Shown here piece after piece: positions 7,556-16,371 of a stretch of 64,000 nucleotides of DNA. The stretch comes from Candidatus Eisenbacteria bacterium RBG_16_71_46 (GTDB taxonomy: Bacteria; Eisenbacteria; RBG-16-71-46). Under the pieces are notes generated by a model. The model saw only the letters and a list, made by a program, of their open reading frames with translations. It did not search any database and was not told the DNA's origin. Position 1 is the stretch's first letter; each line of letters starts with the position of its first letter. The stretch spans positions 10,113 to 74,112 of the forward strand of contig MFFQ01000026.1 of the NCBI GenBank assembly GCA_001780165.1, given 5' to 3'. The position numbers were made by a program, and so were the translations under genes.

Positions 7556-9991
7556 ATGGCCGATCGCAAGGCAGCAAAGCGTGAGAACGTGCGCCGCGAG
7601 GCGCCGCGGCCGGGCGCGCGCGGGGCGAGGTCCCCCTTCACGCTCGGCAGCGGATGGGCGGCGGTACTGCTGGCGCTGCTCGTCGTGATCTTCTTCCACC
7701 AGGTGCTCCTGGAGGGGAAGACCTTCGTCGCCCCCGACACCACCGCGCCCGCCGGCTTCGTCCGCATGGGGGAGAAGGCGCTCTACCAGGACCACGTCTA
7801 TCCCCTGTGGAATCCGTACGTCTTCCTCGGCATGCCCTCGTTCGCGAGCGGCGCCTACAATCCGTTGATCTATCCTCCCGACTGGCCGCTGGCGCTGCTG
7901 CAGAAGGTGGTGCCGCTGCCCGACATGACCTGGCTGCTGCTCTACTATTTTCTCGGCGCGCTGTTCCTGTTCCTGCTGGCGCGGGAGTGGGGGGCGCGGC
8001 CGGAGGGCGCGCTGCTCGGCGCGGTCGCGTTCGTGTTCGCGCCCAACCTGGTGGCGGTGGGCTCGCACGGCCACGGCAGCCAGCTGGTGGACTCGGCCTA
8101 CCTGCCGCTCCTGTTGTGGCTGGCCACCCGCTGGATGCGTGGTGGCCGGGTCTCCGACCTGGCCTGGCTCGCCCTCGCGGGCGGATTCCAGCTGCTGCGC
8201 GGCCACGTGCAGATCTGCTTCTACACCTGGCTCGCGGTCGGGCTCTACGTCGCGGTGGAATGGGGGGCGGCCCTGCGCTCGCCGGGCACGCTGCTGCCGC
8301 GGCTCGCGCGCGGCGCCGGGATCGCGGCGGCGGCGGCGGTGGCCTTCGGGCTCGCCGGCTTCTACAACCTGCCGCTGCGCGACTACGCCCAGCACTCGAT
8401 CCGCGGCGCGGGGGCGGGGGGCGGCGTCGGCATGGACTACGCGACCCAGTGGTCCATGGCGCCCTACGAGCTGCCCGCGACCGTGATCCCCGGCTGGGTG
8501 GGCTTCGGCGGCCGGAGCTACTGGGGGGCGATGCCGTTCACCGACTACCCGAACGCCTACATCGGCATGGTGGCCGTGGTGCTGGCGCTGCCCGCCTTCC
8601 TCGCCGGCGGCGCGGTGCGGATCTTCGCCCTGATCCTCGGGGCACTCGCCCTGCTCATCTCCTTCGGCAGCCACTTCCCGCTCTACGGTTTCCTCTACGC
8701 GCACCTGCCGCTGTTCAACAAGTTCCGCGTGCCGGTGATGGTCATCCTCCTCTTCCAGCTCGCGGCGGCGCTGGGGCTGGCGTGGGGCTGGAGCACCGTG
8801 CTCGCGGCGGGGGGCACGCGCACCGACGCCTCGCGGCGACTCGGGCGACTGCTCGTCGGCACCGCCGTGGCACTGGGCCTGATGCTCGTCTTCGGCGTGC
8901 TGCTGCAAGGCGCCTGGCGCCACGCCTACGAGCAGGCGGCGCTCTCCCATCGGCAGGCCTTCAGCGCCGATCTCGCGCGAATCGCGTTCCGCGGGGTCAG
9001 CGGCGACATCCTGCGCGCGGGCGTGCTGGGGCTGATCGCGATCGGCGCCATGGTGCTCGCGGCGCGCGGGCGGATCGCGCCGTCGCTGGCGAGCGTCGCG
9101 GTGCTGCTGCTGCTGCTGATCGAGTTGTGGCCGGTCAGCGGGCGGGTGATGGGGCCCGTCATCGGACCCGTGAACACCTACGGCCTCGAGACGGGACGCG
9201 ACGATGTCGTCGAGTTCCTCGAGAAGGCCGGTCCGCCCGGGACCTTTCGCGTCTTCCCGATGGACGAGTTCCAGAGCAATCGCTTCGCCGGCTTCGGCAT
9301 CGCCTCGCTCGGCGGCTACCACGCGGCCAAGCCGCGCCTCTTCCAGGACTTCCTCTCCGACCGCATGGAGGACAACCTGCCCTGGCTCCGGCTGCTCAAC
9401 GTGCGCTACATCATCGTCCAGCAGCCGCTTTCCTCGGTGCCACCGTTCGCGCGCGAGATCTTTCGCGGATCGGCGATCGTCTACGAGCACCTGCTCGCCC
9501 TGCCGCGCGCGACGGTGGTCGGGAGTTATCGCGTGGTGCGGCCGGCCCGCGCCATCCTCGACTCGGTGGCGTCGGGGCGTGAGGACCCGGCCGGCGTCAC
9601 CAACCTCGAAACGGATCCGCAGCTCACGCTCGGGCCGGTGGACGGGGCGCAGGCCGCGATCGAGTCCTACGATCTCAACCGCGTCGCGGTGCGGGTGACC
9701 ACGCCGGGACCCGCGCTGCTGCGGCTGGCCGACCTCTGGTACCCGGACTGGCGGGCAACCGTGGACGGTCGGGAGGCTCCGGTGCTGCGGGCCGACTACC
9801 TGCTGCGCGCCGTGCCGGTGCCCGCGGGCGAGCACCGCGTCGTCTTCGAGTTCCGCTCCCCCGCGGTGAGGCGCGGGCTGCTGCTGTCGCTGGCGAGCCT
9901 GGCGCTGGTGCTGGCGGCATTCGGGGTGGATCTCGTTCGCCGGCGTCGCGCGGCACGGCCCGTGGCTCCTGGGGCGGTGGAGGGGAACTGA
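7556..9991 (+). CDS. YfhO-family integral membrane glycosyltransferase (GT-C-like).
   Basis: 811 aa with many TM helices and a large C-terminal extracytoplasmic domain. This is the YfhO architecture. It sits next to a polyprenol-P-sugar synthase gene. Confidence 0.7.
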   Translation: MADRKAAKRENVRREAPRPGARGARSPFTLGSGWAAVLLALLVVIFFHQVLLEGKTFVAPDTTAPAGFVRMGEKALYQDHVYPLWNPYVFLGMPSFASGAYNPLIYPPDWPLALLQKVVPLPDMTWLLLYYFLGALFLFLLAREWGARPEGALLGAVAFVFAPNLVAVGSHGHGSQLVDSAYLPLLLWLATRWMRGGRVSDLAWLALAGGFQLLRGHVQICFYTWLAVGLYVAVEWGAALRSPGTLLPRLARGAGIAAAAAVAFGLAGFYNLPLRDYAQHSIRGAGAGGGVGMDYATQWSMAPYELPATVIPGWVGFGGRSYWGAMPFTDYPNAYIGMVAVVLALPAFLAGGAVRIFALILGALALLISFGSHFPLYGFLYAHLPLFNKFRVPVMVILLFQLAAALGLAWGWSTVLAAGGTRTDASRRLGRLLVGTAVALGLMLVFGVLLQGAWRHAYEQAALSHRQAFSADLARIAFRGVSGDILRAGVLGLIAIGAMVLAARGRIAPSLASVAVLLLLLIELWPVSGRVMGPVIGPVNTYGLETGRDDVVEFLEKAGPPGTFRVFPMDEFQSNRFAGFGIASLGGYHAAKPRLFQDFLSDRMEDNLPWLRLLNVRYIIVQQPLSSVPPFAREIFRGSAIVYEHLLALPRATVVGSYRVVRPARAILDSVASGREDPAGVTNLETDPQLTLGPVDGAQAAIESYDLNRVAVRVTTPGPALLRLADLWYPDWRATVDGREAPVLRADYLLRAVPVPAGEHRVVFEFRSPAVRRGLLLSLASLALVLAAFGVDLVRRRRAARPVAPGAVEGN

Positions 9992-10707
9992 TGGAGAAGC
10001 TGGTCATCATCCCCACCTACGACGAGTGCCAGAACATCGGGCCGATGCTCGACCGGCTGCTCGCCCTGCCTCACGACCTTCACGTGCTGGTGGTGGACGA
10101 CCGTTCGCCGGATGGGACCGCCGAGGTCGTCCGGGGGCGCATGGCCCGCGAGCCGCGCGTGCACCTCATCGAGCGCCCGGGCAAGCAGGGGCTGGGCTCG
10201 GCCTACCGCGAGGGGTTCCGCTACGCCCTCGAGAACGGCGCCGAGTACATCTTCGAGATGGACGCGGACTTCTCGCACGACCCCGATGCCATCCCCGAGT
10301 TCCTGCGGCACGCGGACGAGGTCGACCTGGTGCTCGGCTCCCGCTATCTCAAGGGGGTGACGGTCGTCAACTGGCCTTTGCGACGCCTGATCCTCTCGTA
10401 CGCCGCAAACCTGTACACTCGTGTGGTGACCGGGATGCCGGTCAACGACGCGACGGGCGGCTTCAAGTGCTTCCGGCGCCGGGCCCTCGAGGGCATCCGT
10501 CTGGACCGCGTGCAATCGGACGGCTACGCATTCCAGATCGAGGTGTCGTTCAAGTGCTGGAAGCGCGGCTTTCGGCTCCGGGAGATCCCGATCATGTTCG
10601 TCGATCGGCGCGCCGGGGAGTCCAAGATGAATCGGCGGATCATCGTCGAAGCCGCCTGGAGGGTGTGGCAGCTGCGGCTGCGCGATCTGTTCGGCCGATT
10701 GGAGTGA
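9991..10707 (+). CDS. Polyprenol-monophosphate sugar synthase (GT2, dolichol-phosphate mannosyltransferase-like, CsbB/GtrB-like).
   Basis: GT2 motifs (IIPTYDE, VVDDRSPDGT, DADFSHDP). The length is 238 aa. ATG overlaps the YfhO stop (TGATG). Confidence 0.85.
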   Translation: MEKLVIIPTYDECQNIGPMLDRLLALPHDLHVLVVDDRSPDGTAEVVRGRMAREPRVHLIERPGKQGLGSAYREGFRYALENGAEYIFEMDADFSHDPDAIPEFLRHADEVDLVLGSRYLKGVTVVNWPLRRLILSYAANLYTRVVTGMPVNDATGGFKCFRRRALEGIRLDRVQSDGYAFQIEVSFKCWKRGFRLREIPIMFVDRRAGESKMNRRIIVEAAWRVWQLRLRDLFGRLE

Positions 10708-10714
10708 GTGAAAC

Positions 10715-12961
10715 ATGAAGAGGATGCTCCCGGCGCTGCTCGCGGGCCTGCTGCTCGGGGCCGCGCCTTCGCCCGCCGCGGCCGCGGGCGCGTGGAACAC
10801 GTACCTGCACGCCACCGTGTACAACGACCTGCTCGCCACGCGTGACACGGTGTGGTGCGCGACCGGGGACGCCGGCCTGTTGATCTTCGACCGGACGGCG
10901 AGCGACTTCGTGCCGGCCCTGCGGCGCGAGCCCGGCGGGCTCGCCAGCAACCGCCTCACCTCGCTCGCCGTGGACCGGACGGGCCGGCTGTGGATCGGCA
11001 CCTCGGACAAGGGCGTGAGCCGCCTGTCCGCCGACCACGCCTCCTGGGGCCTGGTGAACAAGTTCGACGGCCTGCCCTCCGTGGCGATCAACGTGCTCGA
11101 GGCCGACGGCGACTCGGTATGGATCGGCACTGATTCCGGCATCGCGCTGTGGGACGGATCGCAGATCGCGGGCGCGCTGCCCGACGGCGTCAATCCGTCG
11201 CCGTTCGCCAGCGACAACATCGTCGGCATCGTCGTCCGCGCGGACTCGCAATTCATCGCCACCAGCGGGGGCATGTACCTGCGGCGCCGGCTTCCGGGCG
11301 GGGGCGACGACATCAGCACGATCAACGGCGGCTTGCTGTCCACCACGATCCAGGGGCTCGCTTCCGACGGCTACGCGGTGTTCGCGCGGGTCCAGGATCA
11401 GCCGTACCTCTTCAACTTCTCGACCGGGCAGTGGCAGCAGACCGGCGGCGTCGGGGCGGTCTATCGGATCCGGGACGGCAACGGCCTGATCACGCTCACC
11501 AGCAGCCTCGGCGTCTACCGCTGGACCGGCATCCAGTGGACGCTGCTCTCCGGCTCGCCGGTGTCGGGGAACGCGGCGTCCACCATCCTGGCGGCCGCGG
11601 CGGATTCCACCGGGCGCAGGTTCGTCGCCAACGGCGCCGGTCTGTACGAAGAGCCCGCCGCGCCCGGGGCGTGGATGCTGCACACGCCCGAGGGACCGCC
11701 CGGAAACGTCCTCATCAACCTGGCGATGGACGGCCCGCGCATCTACGCCATCACGTTCGATCAAGGCGTCGGCCGCTTCGATGGCACACGGTGGCGCAAC
11801 TGGTTCCCGACGCCGGCGAGCTGTCAGACCGGGTGCGACACCACATTCCTCAATCCGCTGTTCAGCATCGCGGCGCTCGTGGACGAGCAGGGACGCAAGT
11901 GGATCGGGTGCTGGTCCGTGGCGATGGAGATCTTCGACGATTCGGTCTCGCCCCCTCAGTTCGTGCGACCCACGTATCCGCCCGGCGAAGGCATCAACCC
12001 GGAGCGCCACACCTTCGCGGTGGCCTCGGCGCTCGATTCGACGTACGGGCACTGGTTCGGGATGGACACGCCGGATCTCGGCAATCCCGAGCTGGCGCCG
12101 ATCGGGCTCGACTACTACGACGCCACCGGCGCCTGGGTCGCCAACTACCGGCCGGAGAACACTCCCTCCATGCCCGGCGGCAAGATCCGCGGACTGGCCG
12201 TGGATCGCCGGGGCCGGGTGTGGGTGGGCTACTCGGGCCAGGGTGTCGCGTACTTCGACGTCCCGGCCCTCGGCGATCAACTCGACCTCCACCCGGTGAC
12301 GGGCACGTCCAGTCTCGACGTCCAGGGGATGGCGGCGATCGGCGACACGCTCTGGGTCTTCGCCAACAACGAGCTGCAGCAGTACTCGGCCGCCACCGCG
12401 CAGCTCAAGCGGTCGTTCCCGGTGCCCGCCGGCTCGGCCGGCAACTTCGCGATCTATCCCCTGGCCGTGGCGCGCGACGGCAGCGTGTGGCTCGGCACCG
12501 TCAGCGGCATCCGCGTCTACGAGCCGGACGGACGCACGCGCGCCGACTACACCACGGCCAATTCGCCGCTCGCCAGCGACGAGGTGCGCAGCATCCGGAT
12601 CAACCCCTCGACCGGGCTGGCGTGGATCGCCACCGCCGCCGGGCTCAACTCGTTCGATCCGGGGTACGTGCCGCCGCCGCCCCCGCAGCTTGCCCGGCTG
12701 GACGCGCGCGTGTACCCGAATCCCGCCCCGCTCTCGGCGATCGGGGTATCGCTCAGCGTGCTCGGCAACGCCTCGGACTACCGAGGCGAGATCTACGATC
12801 TCTCCGGTCGCGTGCTGCGCCGTTTCAGCGGAGTCGGCAATCGGCGCATGGTGTGGAACGGTCGCGACGGCGACGGCCGGGTGGTGCGACCGGGCATCTA
12901 CTTCATCCGGTTCGAGGCGGGCGGGAGGACGTCGGTCGCGCGTGTCGTGCTGCTGCGTTGA
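10715..12961 (+). CDS. Secreted beta-propeller (two-component-regulator propeller-like) protein with a T9SS-type C-terminal sorting domain.
   Basis: N-terminal signal peptide (MKRMLPALLAGLLLGAAPSPAAAAGA). Repeated WIGT/GL propeller blades. The last ~80 aa (YPNP...IYDLSGRVLRR...WNGRD...GIYFIRF...VLLR) match the Por/T9SS CTD (TIGR04183-like) or FlgD-Ig-like domain. Confidence 0.7.
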   Translation: MKRMLPALLAGLLLGAAPSPAAAAGAWNTYLHATVYNDLLATRDTVWCATGDAGLLIFDRTASDFVPALRREPGGLASNRLTSLAVDRTGRLWIGTSDKGVSRLSADHASWGLVNKFDGLPSVAINVLEADGDSVWIGTDSGIALWDGSQIAGALPDGVNPSPFASDNIVGIVVRADSQFIATSGGMYLRRRLPGGGDDISTINGGLLSTTIQGLASDGYAVFARVQDQPYLFNFSTGQWQQTGGVGAVYRIRDGNGLITLTSSLGVYRWTGIQWTLLSGSPVSGNAASTILAAAADSTGRRFVANGAGLYEEPAAPGAWMLHTPEGPPGNVLINLAMDGPRIYAITFDQGVGRFDGTRWRNWFPTPASCQTGCDTTFLNPLFSIAALVDEQGRKWIGCWSVAMEIFDDSVSPPQFVRPTYPPGEGINPERHTFAVASALDSTYGHWFGMDTPDLGNPELAPIGLDYYDATGAWVANYRPENTPSMPGGKIRGLAVDRRGRVWVGYSGQGVAYFDVPALGDQLDLHPVTGTSSLDVQGMAAIGDTLWVFANNELQQYSAATAQLKRSFPVPAGSAGNFAIYPLAVARDGSVWLGTVSGIRVYEPDGRTRADYTTANSPLASDEVRSIRINPSTGLAWIATAAGLNSFDPGYVPPPPPQLARLDARVYPNPAPLSAIGVSLSVLGNASDYRGEIYDLSGRVLRRFSGVGNRRMVWNGRDGDGRVVRPGIYFIRFEAGGRTSVARVVLLR

Positions 12962-12977
12962 CCGGGCGAGGGACCTC

Positions 12978-14006
12978 GTGACCCCCCATCGCCTGGAGGC
13001 CCCGCCCGCCGGGTGGGACCTTCTGCTCGAGCGCGACCCCAATGCCTCGCCGACGCACCGGCCGGAGGTCTGGGCCGCGCTCGCGGCGTCGCTGCCCGGC
13101 ATGCGCCCGTGCTTCATCGCCGCCGAGGAGGACGGCCGGATGCGCGGCGGCGCGCCGGTGCTGATCGAGCGCCGGGCGGGGATGCACTGGCTCCACGCGC
13201 TGCCCTTTCTGCTGCCGGGGACACCCCTCGCCGAGCCCGGCGCCCATCGCGCGGTGGATGCTGCCGTCGCCGAGGGGCTGGCGTCGCTGCAGCGCGAGCT
13301 GGGGGCGGTCGGCGGCGAATGGGCGCTCTACCGTCCCCAGGGCCCGCCGCTCGATCCGGCCGCCGCGGCCCGCGTGAGCGGCGAGAACCGGATGTTCGAG
13401 ACTGCGGTGATCGACCTCGACCAGGGGCTCGAGCCCGTGCGGCGTCGCATGAACCGCAAGACCCGCCAGGAGCTGGGGCGCGCGCGGGCCAACGGTCTGA
13501 CGTTCGGCGAGGAGCCGGGGATGCTGGCGGATGCCTACGCGCTGCATCTGAGCCAGTCGCGGGGCTGGTCCTGGAATCGCCCGCCGCCACTCGAGCTGCT
13601 GCGGCGCCTCATGCATTCGACGGCCGCAGGCGTCTCACCCGTGGCGCGTCTCTTCACGGTGCGCGACGCGCGCGGGCTGCTGACCGCGGCGCTGGTGCTC
13701 GACCACCGGCACGAGTCCATGGTGTGGTGGAGCGGGTCGCATCGCGACGCCCGGGAGCGGCACGCCTTCGGCTTCCTGCTGTGGTCCATCGCCGAGTGGG
13801 CACAGCGCGCGGGCCGCGCCCGCCTCAACCTCGGCGCCAGCGGCGGCAGCGAGGCGGTCTGGGCGTTCAAGCGGGCGCTGGGGGCCACGGGGCAGCGCTA
13901 CCCGGTGCGCTGGCTCGACGCGCGTCACGCGACCCCGGTCGGGCGCCTGGCCGCCGGGATCCAGGCGCGCCTGCGGCGCGGCCGAGTCCGCGGAGAGCCG
14001 GCGTGA
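12978..14006 (+). CDS. FemAB-like/GNAT-fold acyl- or aminoacyl-transferase (BioF2-like).
   Basis: About 340 aa with the duplicated GNAT-like pattern seen in FemXAB/peptidoglycan-bridge enzymes. GTG at 12978 is the first start after the upstream stop. The 12690 start in the track overlaps the previous gene. Confidence 0.55.
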   Translation: MTPHRLEAPPAGWDLLLERDPNASPTHRPEVWAALAASLPGMRPCFIAAEEDGRMRGGAPVLIERRAGMHWLHALPFLLPGTPLAEPGAHRAVDAAVAEGLASLQRELGAVGGEWALYRPQGPPLDPAAAARVSGENRMFETAVIDLDQGLEPVRRRMNRKTRQELGRARANGLTFGEEPGMLADAYALHLSQSRGWSWNRPPPLELLRRLMHSTAAGVSPVARLFTVRDARGLLTAALVLDHRHESMVWWSGSHRDARERHAFGFLLWSIAEWAQRAGRARLNLGASGGSEAVWAFKRALGATGQRYPVRWLDARHATPVGRLAAGIQARLRRGRVRGEPA

Positions 14007-15088
14007 GGATCGCCACGCTGTCCAACGCCGCGGTCGTCCATACGCAGCGCTGGGTCGAGCACTTCCGCGCGCGCGGGCACGAGGTGGGACTGTGGTCGCT
14101 CGAGCCGGGGCCGCCGCGGCTCGGCGCGCGCCCCCTGCCGCGCCTGCCGCTCCCGGGATTCCTGCGCTACCCGCTCGCCGCGCCCGCGCTGCGCCGCGAG
14201 CTCGCGGCCTTCGCGCCCGACGTGGTGGATGCGCACTTCGTTCCCAACTACGGACTCCTGGGCGCGCTGGCGGGCCGGCGGCCGCTCGCGGTCACGGCGT
14301 GGGGGTCCGACCTGCTGGTGGTTGGCCCGCGCGACGCGTTGCAGCGGGCGCGCGCGCGGTTCGTGCTCCGGCGCGCGGATCTGGTGCTCGCCGACAGCGG
14401 CAACCTCGCCGCCGCGGCGCGCCGGCTCGGCGCCGCGCCGGCCCGCGTCCGCGAGATCCCCTGGGGCGTGGACCTGCGGCGTTTCCGCGACCGCGACGCG
14501 CGCGAACCGGGACTGCTGCTGAGCGCGCGCATGCACGAGCCGGTCTACGACATTCCCACGGTGCTGCGCGGGGCGGCCGTGGTGCTCGCGCGCCTGCCCC
14601 ACGCGCGCCTGGTGGTGACCGGCGACGGCAGCCTGCGGCCGGCGCTCGAACGGATGGCGGCGGAGCTGCTGCCGCGCGGGCGCGTCACCTTCACCGGGCG
14701 GCTCGAGCTGGACACCCTCGCCGCTTGGCTGGCGCGCGCCGAGGTCTACCTCTCGGCGTCGCGGTCGGACTCGACTTCGCTCTCGCTGCTCGAGGCGATG
14801 GCGTGCGGCGCCGTTCCGGTGGTGAGCGACCTCGAGGGCAACCGCGAATGGGTGGGCGAGGGTGACGGCGCGCGGCTGTTCCCGCCGGGCGATGCCGCCG
14901 GCCTCGCCGCGGCGGCGCTGCGCGCGCTCGACGATCCCGGCTGGACCGCGGCGGCGCGCGCGCGCAATCGCGCGGTCGTGACGGAACGCGCGGATCGGGA
15001 GGCCAACATGGCCCGGATCGAGGCGCTGTTCGCGGAGTTGGCCGGAGCGGCGCGCGAGCCCGCGGCGGGGCGGAGCGCGAACCGGTGA
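14003..15088 (+). CDS. Glycosyltransferase family 4.
   Basis: GT-B C-terminal domain with SLSLLEAMACGAVPVVSD. The GTG start overlaps the upstream stop (GTGA). Confidence 0.75.
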   Translation: MRIATLSNAAVVHTQRWVEHFRARGHEVGLWSLEPGPPRLGARPLPRLPLPGFLRYPLAAPALRRELAAFAPDVVDAHFVPNYGLLGALAGRRPLAVTAWGSDLLVVGPRDALQRARARFVLRRADLVLADSGNLAAAARRLGAAPARVREIPWGVDLRRFRDRDAREPGLLLSARMHEPVYDIPTVLRGAAVVLARLPHARLVVTGDGSLRPALERMAAELLPRGRVTFTGRLELDTLAAWLARAEVYLSASRSDSTSLSLLEAMACGAVPVVSDLEGNREWVGEGDGARLFPPGDAAGLAAAALRALDDPGWTAAARARNRAVVTERADREANMARIEALFAELAGAAREPAAGRSANR

Positions 15089-16371
15089 GCGCCCGCCGCC
15101 TGCTGGTGCTCTGCTACTTCTATCCGCCGCTCGCGGGGGGCGGAGTGCACCGCGTGCTCGGCTTCACCCGCTACTTGCCGCGGCACGGCTGGGCGTGCAC
15201 CGTGGTGTGCGCGGGGGAGGACGACTACTGGGTGACCGACTCGAGCCTGCTCGCGCGCGTCCCGGCCGAGACCGCTGTCGTGCGGGTGCGGGGCGGCAGC
15301 GCGCTCTCGGCGTGGCTGGCGTGGCGTCGGCGCGATCGCGGGCGGAGGCCGGGAGGCGTATTCGCCGGGCTGCGGCGGCTGAGCGACTGGTTCCTGATGC
15401 CGGACTCCTACGTGGGCTGGGCTCGGCGGGCGCGCAGGGTGGCCGCGGGGCTGCTGGCCGCCGGCGACTTCGATGCGGTGCTCTCCAGCTCGCCGCCGGA
15501 CAGCGTGCACCTCGCGGCGCTCGACGTGCGCCGCCGCTTCGGGCTGCCCTGGGTGGTCGACTTCCGTGACCCCTGGATTCCCCTCTACTTCCGAGAGCCG
15601 CCGAGCGGCTGGCACCGCGCGCGGCAGGCGGCGCTCGAGCGCCGCGTGATCGAGGGTGCCGACCTCGTGCTCACCGCCTCCGCCACGCACGCCGGAATGC
15701 TCGGCGCGCGCTCCGGCGCGCGCGCGCGCCGCGTGCTCCACCTGGCGAACGGCTACGAACCGGATGCCGCGACCGCGGCGCCGCCCGCCGCGGCGCTCGC
15801 GGAGTCGTTCCTCGTGGTGTTCACCGGCACGCTGTCCCAAATGCCCGACGCCGAGGTGTTCTTCGAGGCCCTCCACGACCTGTTCGCGCGCCGCTCCGAG
15901 GCGCGGCGCCGCCTGCGGGTGGTGATCGCCGGCCCCTTCGAGTCCCACTACGAGGACCGCGCGCGCGCGCTCGGGCTCACCGGGATCGTGCGCTTCGCAG
16001 GACCCCTGGCGCACGGCGAATCGCGCGCGCTGCAGCGGCGCGCCGACCTGTTGCTGCTGTGGAAATTCCGCGGGTTCCCCACCATGGTGCCGGGCAAGGT
16101 CTACGAGTACCTGGATGCCGGGCGCCCGCTGCTGGGATTGCTCGAGGCGCAGGACGAAGTCGCCGAGCTGGTGCGGCGGGCGGGCGGCACCGTCGTCGCG
16201 CCCGGCGACCGCTCCGCACTCGCGGACGCGATCGAGCGCCGCTACCTCGCGTGGTGCGAGGGCGGCGCCGCCGCCTCGGCGCGGCCGGATTGGCTCGTGG
16301 ACCACACGCGCGAGGCCCTGACGGTCCGGCTGGCTTCGGCCCTGGACGCGCTGGTGGAGGCCCGAGCGTGA
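15085..16371 (+). CDS. Glycosyltransferase family 4.
   Basis: The N-terminus YFYPPLAGGGVHRVLGF and a C-terminal EYLDAGRPLL fit a GT4. GTGA overlap with the upstream gene. Confidence 0.75.
   Translation: MSARRLLVLCYFYPPLAGGGVHRVLGFTRYLPRHGWACTVVCAGEDDYWVTDSSLLARVPAETAVVRVRGGSALSAWLAWRRRDRGRRPGGVFAGLRRLSDWFLMPDSYVGWARRARRVAAGLLAAGDFDAVLSSSPPDSVHLAALDVRRRFGLPWVVDFRDPWIPLYFREPPSGWHRARQAALERRVIEGADLVLTASATHAGMLGARSGARARRVLHLANGYEPDAATAAPPAAALAESFLVVFTGTLSQMPDAEVFFEALHDLFARRSEARRRLRVVIAGPFESHYEDRARALGLTGIVRFAGPLAHGESRALQRRADLLLLWKFRGFPTMVPGKVYEYLDAGRPLLGLLEAQDEVAELVRRAGGTVVAPGDRSALADAIERRYLAWCEGGAAASARPDWLVDHTREALTVRLASALDALVEARA

Noticed and set aside
6761-9835. 1024-aa minus-strand ORF antisense to the TuaH-like and YfhO genes. 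Similar long antisense ORFs occur at 4171..6330 (-), 10640..13117 (-), 31370..33712 (-), 57761..60340 (+) and 22870..23964 (-).
   Set aside because: The translations are Arg/Ala/Gly/Pro-rich low-complexity with no motifs. They lie opposite genes that have clear conserved domains. This is the usual consequence of ~70% GC (few stop codons), so they are not coding.
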